Assembly (NCBI GenBank): GCA_041674805.1
Contig: JBAYVA010000001.1
Location: forward strand, 262,612 to 326,611
Source of the DNA: Candidatus Magasanikiibacteriota bacterium
GTDB taxonomy: Bacteria > Patescibacteriota > Patescibacteriia > Magasanikbacterales > UBA922
Direction of reading: 5' to 3'
DNA length: 64,000 nt
The translations under genes and the position numbers were made by a program. Below the pieces are notes generated by a model. That model was given only the letters and a program-made list of their open reading frames with translations, did not search any database and had not been told where the DNA came from. Shown in pieces: positions 29,730 to 38,544 of this stretch. Positions within the stretch are counted from its first letter, which is position 1; each line of letters opens with the position of its first letter.

Positions 29730-31478
29730 TCAAGCCATAAAACCACCAACTTGAATATCCCACAAATTACGATAAATACCATTTTTTTTCTTCAAAAGTA
29801 CTTTGTGTGAACCTTGTTCAAGAATTCCACCTTGCTCTATCACCAAAATTCTATTTGAATTCATAATAGTTGAGAGTCTATGTGCGACGATAATGACAGT
29901 CTTGCCTTTCATCAGATTTCCCAAAGCATCTTGGATAAGCTTTTCTGACTTAGAATCTAGACTAGAAGTCGCTTCGTCCAAAATCAAAATTGGAGAATTT
30001 TTTAGTATTGCTCGAGCTATAGCTACACGCTGTCTTTCACCGCCCGAAAGTTTGATACCTCTTTCTCCTACCAAAGTATTGTAACCATCTGACAAATTCA
30101 AAATAAAATCATGAGCATTGGCTTGCTTGGCAACGGACATCACTTCTTCATCACTAGCGTCTGGTTTGGCATAACGAATATTTTCCATAATACTTCTATG
30201 AAAAAGCATCGGATCTTGTGGGACAAGACTGACATTTTGCCACAAACTTTCTTGAGTACACTTGGCAATGTTTTGTCCATCTATCAGAATTTTTCCACCA
30301 GAAATATCATGCTGACGTAAAAGCAATTTTACAATCGTAGACTTACCTGCACCTGACGAACCAACCAAAGCTATTTTTTCTTGAGGTTTGATTACCAAAT
30401 CCATTTTTCTAATTATTTCTCTAGTTTTGTTATAAGCAAAAGAAACATCTTTGAATTCTATTTTACCTGTGGTAACTTGTAATTTTTTGGCATTTTTAAC
30501 ATCTTGTATATCATAAGGCATATTTAGTATTTCGGTCATCTCTTCAGCGTCAGCCAGTGACTCATAAAAATCTCTAATCACACGACCAAAGCCAAAAAAC
30601 TTTTCAAAAATAATAATAAGATAAGATTGAATCAAAATAAAATCACCAACTGTAATACTACCAGCTTGCCAAACTTTGACAGCATAAAACAACATCACGA
30701 TTTCCAACAAAATCATCAGCATCCATTGTACACCATCAAACCAAGTAGAAATGTCCCAAGAAAATTTTCTTATTTTCCTTAGATCTTCTGTTTTTTGTTC
30801 AAATTCATTACACTCTCTACCATAACCAACCAACAACTTTACATTGGTATTATTAGTAAAAGAATCAGCCAAAAAAGCTCCAACTTTAGAATCAAGCTGG
30901 CTTCTCTCAAAATCATATTTTAATTTGAATTTACTAAAAAAGTAACTAGTCAAAACAAAGATGAATATCCAAGAAAGTATTATTAAAGCAAAAAATTTAT
31001 TACGACTAAATAAGACAATAGAAATAAGTGTAACATTGACAATGATAGGCAAAAGATCCCAAATTATTCTATCTGAAATTCTATCAAAAGCTTGTACAAA
31101 TCTACCAACTTTTTTTACCAGAGAACCTACAAAACTGTTGTTGAAAAAAGAAAAAGAATGTTTGTGAACTTTGGAAAAACAAGCATCATTCAAATCTTTT
31201 AGACTATCTGTACTAAATTTTATGTACAAAAAAGCCATGACACGAATAAAAAACCAATGTGAAATTTTTATACCCAAAATAATAAATAATGTGGTATAGA
31301 GAATCTCAACATTAGGATTGGTAGACAAGACATCAAAAAACTTTTTGTACCAATAAGGAGCCAATATTGAAAAAGCATCACCAATCAATAACAACAAAAA
31401 CATAGACATAAAGCTCCATTTGTATTTCCAAGCTTGTTGCCAATAAATTTTCAAAGTTATTTTGGTATTATTTTTCAT
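29730..31478 (-). CDS. ABC exporter, fused TMD-NBD (MsbA/Atm1-like)
   Basis: Six-TM N-half, GSSGAGKS, LSGGERQR, ILDEATSSLD, AHRLST. Confidence 0.93.
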   Translation of the reverse strand: MKNNTKITLKIYWQQAWKYKWSFMSMFLLLLIGDAFSILAPYWYKKFFDVLSTNPNVEILYTTLFIILGIKISHWFFIRVMAFLYIKFSTDSLKDLNDACFSKVHKHSFSFFNNSFVGSLVKKVGRFVQAFDRISDRIIWDLLPIIVNVTLISIVLFSRNKFFALIILSWIFIFVLTSYFFSKFKLKYDFERSQLDSKVGAFLADSFTNNTNVKLLVGYGRECNEFEQKTEDLRKIRKFSWDISTWFDGVQWMLMILLEIVMLFYAVKVWQAGSITVGDFILIQSYLIIIFEKFFGFGRVIRDFYESLADAEEMTEILNMPYDIQDVKNAKKLQVTTGKIEFKDVSFAYNKTREIIRKMDLVIKPQEKIALVGSSGAGKSTIVKLLLRQHDISGGKILIDGQNIAKCTQESLWQNVSLVPQDPMLFHRSIMENIRYAKPDASDEEVMSVAKQANAHDFILNLSDGYNTLVGERGIKLSGGERQRVAIARAILKNSPILILDEATSSLDSKSEKLIQDALGNLMKGKTVIIVAHRLSTIMNSNRILVIEQGGILEQGSHKVLLKKKNGIYRNLWDIQVGGFMA

Positions 31479-31792
31479 AAGTAATTTATTTTTTTTGCAA
31501 TAAAAAAACGTCAATAGTATTATACACCTTTTGACGTTTTTTTAAAATAGTTTTTTTAAAAAATAAAAAACAATAATAAAAAATAATTATTGTTTATCTT
31601 TAAAATCTTATAATTATTATTTACAAAATAAATTATAAAAAATTCAAATTACAATAATTAACAAATCTTTTGTCAAAATCAATCTAAATTTTTGTTTCAA
31701 AAAACCAAAACTTAGATTGATTGAGACGACGTACCTCCTTTGTTAAAGTAATCTCAATCCTCCTTTTGTTCTTCTTTTTTTTCGATGAGCCC

Positions 31793-32215
31793 TCACAATG
31801 GGGGCTTTACCGAAGAATGGTGTTGAATGGCTCTGCCAAACACCACCACAAAGCTGAACCGAGCTACAAGAGGATGATCGGAACCCTCCACTTTAAACTC
31901 GTATATACCAGACGTAACAAAAATAAACAGAAAATTATGATGCACTTCTTCGACTACTCGGCACTGTGGCCGCTTAGCCAAAAAGTGAATCATATACATC
32001 AAAACGCCTTCATGCGTTTTGATGTGTTGACCACAAAAAGTTGGAAGAAAAGAGATACTACGTAGGTGATAAAGTCTGCAAACAGTCTTGATATCTCCAC
32101 TGTTCACAGCACCAACCCACCTCCCTAAAAAAGCTGTATTGCGCCGCCACGACTCTGTCGCGGCAGCTACAAATAAAAACAACACCAAGAAAGGCACTGT
32201 TGCCAAAAGATCCAC
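31793..32215 (-). CDS. Membrane-anchored NTF2-like protein (SgcJ/EcaC, CaMKII-AD, iota-carbonic-anhydrase-like)
   Basis: W..AVNSGD...V..LY, FLPT, Y..HFL.K.PQ, SGIYEF, ARFSFV, IQHHSS..P; GTG start with AGGAGG upstream. Confidence 0.7.
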   Translation of the reverse strand: MDLLATVPFLVLFLFVAAATESWRRNTAFLGRWVGAVNSGDIKTVCRLYHLRSISFLPTFCGQHIKTHEGVLMYMIHFLAKRPQCRVVEEVHHNFLFIFVTSGIYEFKVEGSDHPLVARFSFVVVFGRAIQHHSSVKPPL

Positions 32216-32220
32216 CTGGA

Positions 32221-32450
32221 CCTCCTAGAAATGCGACTTCACAACGTGAGAACTTCTCACGCCATTCAGTCGCTGGTTTCTATCTAAAAAATAGACAAAA
32301 ATCAGCAACTGAATTTTTTGGCACGCACAAAATCATACTCTCCGACATATCCACTGTCAATTACTATATCCTTGACAGAGTGTAATTTGTCGTTCTATTT
32401 GTAAAAGTTCTCTATACAAAAAAATACACCTAATTTAATAGATGTATTTT
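32221..32450 (-). repeat. Direct repeat copy 1: terminator + sigma70 promoter + structured leader + SD
   Basis: Near-identical to 32635-32862; TTGACA(32360-32355)-N17-TATGAT(32337-32332). Confidence 0.9.
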
Positions 32451-32500
32451 TTTTGCCCCTCCTTTCCTCCTTTGTGTATGTGAATGGTTGGGCAATTACC

Positions 32501-32629
32501 TCAAGCGGATCCCCAATAGCGGGAATCTCCACCTGAAGCCCCTGATTTCCGGCGGCTGTTTAGCCAGCCGGAAACCATCAACAACACAATGACGGGAGAC
32601 ACTCCCGCCAAAAACTCCAAAAAGCTCAT
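32501..32629 (-). CDS. 42-aa single-TM peptide (not in ORF track)
   Basis: MSFLEFLAGVSPVIVLLMVSGWLNSRRKSGASGGDSRYWGSA*; GGAGG just upstream of ATG, same position relative to the repeat as the 32215 start. Confidence 0.62.
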   Translation of the reverse strand: MSFLEFLAGVSPVIVLLMVSGWLNSRRKSGASGGDSRYWGSA

Positions 32630-32634
32630 GTGAG

Positions 32635-32862
32635 CCTCCGAAACGGCGACTTCGCAACGTGAGTACTTCCCACGCCATTCAGTCGCTAGTTTCTATCTAA
32701 AAAATAGACAAAAATCAGCAACTGAATTTTTTGGCACGCACAAAATAATACTCTTTGACATATCCACTGTCAATTACTTTACCCTTGACAAATTTCAATT
32801 TGTCGTTCTATTTGTAAAAGTTATTTATATAAAAAAATACACCTATTTTCTAGGTGTATTTT
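32635..32862 (-). repeat. Direct repeat copy 2: terminator + sigma70 promoter + structured leader + SD
   Basis: Near-identical to 32221-32450; TTGACA(32773-32768)-N17-TATTAT(32750-32745); terminator AAAATACACCTA..TAGGTGTATTTT. Confidence 0.9.
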
Positions 32863-32881
32863 AATTAATTTATTTTAATTT

Positions 32882-34156
32882 CTAAACAAGATAACGTAAG
32901 AAAATATAGACAGTACACATCACCAAAGCTACAAAAGTCAAAGGTAATGCCATCTTCATATACTCCCAAAAACCAATACCATGACCTTCTTTACTAGCAA
33001 TACCACTTACTACAACATTGGCTGAAGCACCAACCAAGGTCGCATTTCCACCAATATCAGCACCAAGAGCCAATGCCCACCAAATTGGTGCCAAAGGTAA
33101 TCCAGCAATAGTTCCCAAATCTTTGACAAGTGGGATCATAGTAGCTACAAATGGAATATTATCAATTACAGCTGAAAATATAGCTGAACCCCACAAAACA
33201 CTCAAAGTAGTAGCTGTCATGTTTCCACCAGTAAGATTTAGCAAACCTTCAGCCAACATACGAATAGCGCCAACTTCTTCTAGAGCTACAACCAAGATGA
33301 AAAGTCCCATGAAGAAAAATATTGTAGTCCATTCTACTTCTTTCAAATGTTCTTCTGGATCATGCATGGTCAAAAGCAACATAAGAGCAGCACCACCAAG
33401 AGCGATAGTAGCACCTTCTAAATGAGTTACACTATGGGTAAAAAATCCAACCAAAACTATAGCTAAGACAAACAATGCTTTTTTTAGTAATTTTACGTCA
33501 GACAAAGCTTCTCTTGGGTTGAATTTTGCGATAGTAGCTTGTGCTTCTGCAGTAGCCACAAGTTGCTTGCGATAAATAAAAACCAAAAGACCAATAGTGA
33601 CAGCAGAAATAAGTAAAGAAATAGGAGCAAGATTAACCAAAAAATCATTGAAAGTAAGTCCACTAGCACTACCAATCAAAATGTTTGGTGGATCTCCGAT
33701 AAGAGTAGCTGTACCACCAATATTGGCCAACAAGATTGCGCCTATCAAAAATGGCTTAGGGTGAATTTTCAAATTATGAGCAACCACAAAAGTGACTGGT
33801 ATCATAAGAAGTACAGTTGTTACGTTGTCGAGTAAAGCAGAAAAAACAGCAACAATAGACAATAATAATATGTATATTTTTACAGGGTTACCTTTACCAA
33901 CTTTGGTAGCCCAGATAGCCACATATTGAAACATACCACTGTGTTTGGCTATTCCCACAATAATCATCATACCAATCAAAAGGCCTAGAGTATTGAAGTC
34001 AATCCCCTCAATTGCTTTTTCTTGTGTCACAATACCAAGCAAAACCATCAATCCAGCACCAGCCATAGCAATGACAGTACGATGAATTTTTTCAGAGATG
34101 ATAATAGCGTAAGTAGTAATAAAGACGACAAGTGTAATCCAAAAAAAGATTCCCAT
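32882..34156 (-). CDS. ArsB/NhaD (IT superfamily) transporter
   Basis: FSALLDNVTTVLL, ANIGGTATLIGDPPN, SAVIDNIPFVA, GGNATLVGASAN. Confidence 0.9.
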   Translation of the reverse strand: MGIFFWITLVVFITTYAIIISEKIHRTVIAMAGAGLMVLLGIVTQEKAIEGIDFNTLGLLIGMMIIVGIAKHSGMFQYVAIWATKVGKGNPVKIYILLLSIVAVFSALLDNVTTVLLMIPVTFVVAHNLKIHPKPFLIGAILLANIGGTATLIGDPPNILIGSASGLTFNDFLVNLAPISLLISAVTIGLLVFIYRKQLVATAEAQATIAKFNPREALSDVKLLKKALFVLAIVLVGFFTHSVTHLEGATIALGGAALMLLLTMHDPEEHLKEVEWTTIFFFMGLFILVVALEEVGAIRMLAEGLLNLTGGNMTATTLSVLWGSAIFSAVIDNIPFVATMIPLVKDLGTIAGLPLAPIWWALALGADIGGNATLVGASANVVVSGIASKEGHGIGFWEYMKMALPLTFVALVMCTVYIFLRYLV

Positions 34157-34183
34157 ATAGTTTATAGATCTTTATTATATTTA

Positions 34184-34654
34184 TTAATGAATTCCTAGTA
34201 CACGAGCGATAGCTTTTTTGATATCAGTACGATTGATATAACCAACCAATTTTTCTTCAGCATCGACTACTGGAATTTGACGAATCTTGAATTCTGAAAG
34301 AACAGTAGCAGCTTCCATCAAAGTATGACTTTCTTTGATAGTGTGAACTTCTTTGGTCATAAATTTGGTAATAGGTTCATCAGCAACTTCTTTGATTCTA
34401 ACACTAAATTCTTCAGCAGCTTCAAAAGAAGCTAAGTGTTTGTCTTCTTCCAAATAATCTGGAACTACATATTGAATCAAATCCATACTAGACAAAATTC
34501 CTTTTACATAATTTTCATCGTCAACAACAACCACTCCATTGGTGCGACCATCAACCATTTTTTGCAATGCTTCTCTAAAAGTAGCATTAATATTTATCGA
34601 TGTTACAACATTTTGCATGTTGTTTCTAACAAGATATTTTTCTTGTTCTGTCAT
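34184..34654 (-). CDS. CBS domain pair protein
   Basis: VVVVDDENYVKGILS..D and IPVVDAEEKLVGYINRTD. Confidence 0.88.
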   Translation of the reverse strand: MTEQEKYLVRNNMQNVVTSININATFREALQKMVDGRTNGVVVVDDENYVKGILSSMDLIQYVVPDYLEEDKHLASFEAAEEFSVRIKEVADEPITKFMTKEVHTIKESHTLMEAATVLSEFKIRQIPVVDAEEKLVGYINRTDIKKAIARVLGIH

Positions 34655-34777
34655 ATATTCTATATATTATATATAAATTAAATTACTTTTTGCTTTGATT
34701 TTGTATCAAGACAGACAATATTATATGCTAATTTTACTATAATTTCAAGGGTAACAGTGGATAAATAATCAAACAAT

Positions 34778-34806
34778 AAAAATACCAGTTTATAATCTGG
34801 TATTTT
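34778..34806 (-). terminator. Intrinsic terminator after the Ehr/Hyf-like operon
   Basis: AAAATACCAG..CTGGTATTTT inverted repeat with T run on minus strand. Confidence 0.6.
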
Positions 34807-34837
34807 CTATTTTTTTACTTTAAAAGTCAATTTGCCT

Positions 34838-36412
34838 CTATAAGTCATTTCCCGTATATGACATATTAAAACTCTTATTAATTAGAGGAAAATCAGGGAT
34901 TATATTGTTTAAACCAGCCTCACCCAAGGCTGACCAATTGACGAAAGAAGGATCTCTTGGAAATACTCTACTAATATTGCCTTGTGCGTCTGTAGCTACG
35001 AAATAGGCTATTTCTCCACGCCAACCTTCCACCATACTTACAGCGTAAGCACTTTTTTGCAAAATAAGGCTAGTAATATTGGCTACAATACTTTCTCCCT
35101 CAGGTATTTTTTGCAAAGATTCTTGTATTATTTCCAATGATTTACGAATTTCTTTTAGACGAATTTGAAATCTAGCATTGACATCACCATCTTCTTCTAC
35201 AGGTATTTGACCCATAGAAACTTCGGCGTAAGCAGCATAAGGATGATCTACGCGTGTATCATGTTTTACACCTACTGCACGGCCAGCAACACCCAGAGTA
35301 CCTTGATTATTAGCCACTTCAAGAGAAATGATACCAGTACCCTTCAAACGATTTAATACAGAAGCACTATTTTCAGCAATATCAACAACTTCTTCAAAGT
35401 CTTTACTAATATCTTTGAGGATTTTATTTAAATAATCTTTGTTTTCATTAGTTATATCTTTCTTTACTCCACCAACAACATTGACTTGGCGCAAAAATCT
35501 ACTGCCTGTTATTTTTTCATTTATTTGCATCATCATTTCACGCAAACGTCCACCATGAGCTCCACCAAAACTAAAACCAGTATCCATCATAATAGCCCCA
35601 ATATCACCAAAATGATTAGCCAATCTTTCAAGTTCAGCAAAAATGGTTCTCAAATACAAGGCACGTTTTGGAACATTAGTTCCTGCCAATTTTTCTACTG
35701 TCTGACAAAAAGCTAAGGAGTGACTAAAAGAACTATCACCAGAAATTTTTTCTGACAAACGTATTTTATTTTCCAAAGACAAAACTTCAAATAATTTTTC
35801 ACTACCTTTGTGAACATACCCCAAACGTGGCTCAAGTTGTACGATACTTTCTCCAGCCATACTAAAACGAAAATGACCAGGTTCGATAATACCAGCATGA
35901 ATTGGACCAACAGGAATTTCATAAATTCCCTCACCTTTTACTTCTTGAAATTCATATTTACCAGTCACTTCTTTTAATTTAGTTTTCCATTCAAAATCTT
36001 TTCTAAGAGGAAAAACATTACTTGGATAATTTTCATGCAAAATAAGTGGTCTATTGTCTGGAATATCTGTAGCTACTAGACCAAAGAAAGTCTGAATTCT
36101 TCTTTCGTAGTTTAATATTTCAGGTACAATGTTAGCCAATGAAGGAAACTCAGTAGTATTTTTCAATTCAATAAAAGGACAGATAAAAAAATCATCACCA
36201 GGTACAGCAAATAAATACCAGATTTTGAAAGCTCCTTTTTCTTTTCTTTCGTCTGTAGCGGTAACCAACTTAAGTGAAAGCTTTTTTTGATTATGTAACT
36301 CTCCAACAATTTCAGCTATTTGTGAAGAAGTTACTTCGAAGATAGCCAAATTATCATGATACTCTACATTAGCATTCTTTGGAAAGTATGATTGTATTTT
36401 TTCTTTTATCAT
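34838..36412 (-). CDS. HyfG/HycE-like (NuoCD-like) large subunit lacking NiFe-binding cysteines (Ehr-type)
   Basis: PLRKDF, PVGPIHAGIIEPGHFRF, LGYVHKG.EK, ELERLANH, VEGWRGE; EKISGDSS and KSFNMSYTGNDL replace the two CxxC motifs. Confidence 0.88.
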   Translation of the reverse strand: MIKEKIQSYFPKNANVEYHDNLAIFEVTSSQIAEIVGELHNQKKLSLKLVTATDERKEKGAFKIWYLFAVPGDDFFICPFIELKNTTEFPSLANIVPEILNYERRIQTFFGLVATDIPDNRPLILHENYPSNVFPLRKDFEWKTKLKEVTGKYEFQEVKGEGIYEIPVGPIHAGIIEPGHFRFSMAGESIVQLEPRLGYVHKGSEKLFEVLSLENKIRLSEKISGDSSFSHSLAFCQTVEKLAGTNVPKRALYLRTIFAELERLANHFGDIGAIMMDTGFSFGGAHGGRLREMMMQINEKITGSRFLRQVNVVGGVKKDITNENKDYLNKILKDISKDFEEVVDIAENSASVLNRLKGTGIISLEVANNQGTLGVAGRAVGVKHDTRVDHPYAAYAEVSMGQIPVEEDGDVNARFQIRLKEIRKSLEIIQESLQKIPEGESIVANITSLILQKSAYAVSMVEGWRGEIAYFVATDAQGNISRVFPRDPSFVNWSALGEAGLNNIIPDFPLINKSFNMSYTGNDL

Positions 36413-36413
36413 A

Positions 36414-37859
36414 TTAGTATTGCAAAACAGCATTATTAATTAAAGTCTGCAAAAATGGTGGTAAATAAACACTCAAAATAACTATAATAGTAACAAATAA
36501 AATTTGTGGAATAAACAACCAAATATTATTTTCACCTTTTTCAATATTGTCTGGTTTTTCTCCAAAAAACATAGCTGTAAAATGTTTCAAAAAACTTACA
36601 AAAACTAAGGCGAGAAAAAATAAAGCAATCAAACTAACAACAGGATAATCTTTTATACCAGCTGACAAAATATAAAGCTTGGTCATAAACATACCAAATG
36701 GTGGTACACCTGTCACAATCAGAAAACCAATAAGGGAGAGTACACCAGTCACAGGCAAGACTTTCAAAGCTCCTTTGACATTGAAAATTTTGGCAGAACT
36801 ATATTTTAATAACAAATTTCCTGAAGATAAAAAGAGTACAACTTTGACACAAGAATGATAAACTAAATGGAGTATGGCTGCAAAAATACCTAATCCTCCA
36901 AAACCAAAACCAAGTGCCATTACACCAGCATTTTCAATACTAGAATAAGCAAGCAATCTTTTGTAATTTTTGGCATTGAACATAATCAAAGCTGAGACAA
37001 CGATAGACAATAAACCAAAAACAATCAATAGAGTTTGACTAAACAAAGTTCCAACTGCAGTGTCTACAATAACTTTGTATCTAAGCATAATCACAAAAGC
37101 AATTGGTAACAAAGCGCCAGATAACAAAGCGCCTATAGGTGCTGGCGCTTTACTATAAGCATCTGGTTTCCAAGTGTGCATTGGAACAAAACCAATCTTA
37201 GTGCCATAACCAATAAGTACAAAAACGAAAGCAATCTTAGCAAGTAATGGATCAAGATGAACAGCATTGTTAGTCAATGTCTGCCAATCTACCAAACCAG
37301 CACTAGATAAATCAATAGAAGTAAAAAATAATAAAGTTCCAAAAAATCCCAAAAGTAAGCCAACAGAATTGATAATCAAATATTTCCAAGCTCCTTCAAT
37401 TGCTGATGGTTTATTGTAAAAACTTATCAAAAAGGCAGTAGACAGTGTAGTAGCTTCAATAGAAATCCAAGCAAAAATAGGATTACTAGAAGTAATTGCC
37501 AAAAACATTGCCACAAAAAACATATTCAACAAAACAAAATATTGTTTTACACGTGTAAAACCAATAATATTTTTTTGCATTTCTTGACGTAAATATTGTA
37601 CAGAATAAATAGTAGTAGCAAAACCAACAAAACCAAGAACTAAGACGATAATGGCACCCAAAGAATCAATTGAAAAGAATCTTCCAGAACCTGGTATATA
37701 AATTCCTAATGAGGCCACTTTCAAAGCTACAACAATAGACAATACCAAAGAAATTAACGAAGAAACAACTGAAACAACTTCAATAACGACCTTTCTTTTA
37801 GAAAGAAGGTTTATTATAGCTGCAATAAACAAAGTTATTATTATAAAAAAAATTTCCAT
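36414..37859 (-). CDS. HyfF-like antiporter-type membrane subunit (NuoL/M/N, MrpD family)
   Basis: IEATTL, EGAWKY, GYGTKIGFVPMHTWKPDAYS, KRLLAYSSIEN. Confidence 0.9.
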   Translation of the reverse strand: MEIFFIIITLFIAAIINLLSKRKVVIEVVSVVSSLISLVLSIVVALKVASLGIYIPGSGRFFSIDSLGAIIVLVLGFVGFATTIYSVQYLRQEMQKNIIGFTRVKQYFVLLNMFFVAMFLAITSSNPIFAWISIEATTLSTAFLISFYNKPSAIEGAWKYLIINSVGLLLGFFGTLLFFTSIDLSSAGLVDWQTLTNNAVHLDPLLAKIAFVFVLIGYGTKIGFVPMHTWKPDAYSKAPAPIGALLSGALLPIAFVIMLRYKVIVDTAVGTLFSQTLLIVFGLLSIVVSALIMFNAKNYKRLLAYSSIENAGVMALGFGFGGLGIFAAILHLVYHSCVKVVLFLSSGNLLLKYSSAKIFNVKGALKVLPVTGVLSLIGFLIVTGVPPFGMFMTKLYILSAGIKDYPVVSLIALFFLALVFVSFLKHFTAMFFGEKPDNIEKGENNIWLFIPQILFVTIIVILSVYLPPFLQTLINNAVLQY

Positions 37860-37863
37860 ATTT

Positions 37864-38511
37864 TTAATCTTTTAATTTTTTCATTGAAGAAACATTTAGT
37901 GTTCCAAAATGTTTATACAACATTGAAATAAAAATTGAGGCAATCATAATCCAAATAAAAATATTAAAAATAATTCCCAATTGAAGAGAAGCCGACTGTT
38001 CCAACTCAGCAAAAACAGCAAACAACACAATACTATTTTCAAAAGACAAAATACCAATAATTTGTGACAAAGCACCTTTACGATTGACTATCAAAAATAA
38101 AGAAAGAAACATCGATGATAAAGCAAGAGACAACAACATTTGATGATCTGGTACGATACTAGTCAAAGGAACAAACTTATGTGAATGAGCTATAAAAATT
38201 AAAACAGCAATAACAATTAAGGTAATTGGTGTATTTAAATAAGTACTAACAGAAAAAGACAGAGCATACTTTTTGATCAGACTAATAAAAAACTTTGGTG
38301 CCACAATAACTTTGACAATCAACATCACAAATATAACTAATAACATCCACAAATCTTTGGTCTCAAAAAAAGAATTCAACAATATAATAACAACTACTAA
38401 TGATTGTAAAGCATATGCATATACAGCTGAAAAGTTTTTCTTCATTATCAGCAAAAAGACAACAGATAATAGAACTATCTCAGATAAAAATTGTAAAGTT
38501 AATAGATTCAT
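37864..38511 (-). CDS. HyfE-like membrane subunit
   Basis: YALQS, VKVIVAP, RKGALSQIIG.LSFENSI; position between hyfC-like and hyfF-like genes. Confidence 0.82.
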   Translation of the reverse strand: MNLLTLQFLSEIVLLSVVFLLIMKKNFSAVYAYALQSLVVVIILLNSFFETKDLWMLLVIFVMLIVKVIVAPKFFISLIKKYALSFSVSTYLNTPITLIVIAVLIFIAHSHKFVPLTSIVPDHQMLLSLALSSMFLSLFLIVNRKGALSQIIGILSFENSIVLFAVFAELEQSASLQLGIIFNIFIWIMIASIFISMLYKHFGTLNVSSMKKLKD

Positions 38512-38544
38512 AAGTTATCACTATAAAAAACAAAGTTAGATGTT

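Noticed and set aside
29523-31478. RiPP/ranthipeptide cluster (Cys-rich precursor + exporter)
   Set aside because: No radical SAM or other maturase nearby, no C39 peptidase domain on the exporter, and no leader/core division
31721-32065. Plus-strand 114-aa ORF, and ORFs 32200-32385 and 32496-32678
   Set aside because: Antisense or off-frame shadows of the SD-led minus-strand genes and of the repeat module
32221-32862. CRISPR array or integron attC array
   Set aside because: Only two ~230-bp copies, no short repeat-spacer periodicity, no clear RYYYAAC/GTTRRRY ends, and no cas or integrase gene
34838-36412. Calling the cluster a functional NiFe hydrogenase or complex I
   Set aside because: Both CxxC NiFe motifs are absent, and no hyp maturation genes or NuoEFG/NuoI genes are in the window
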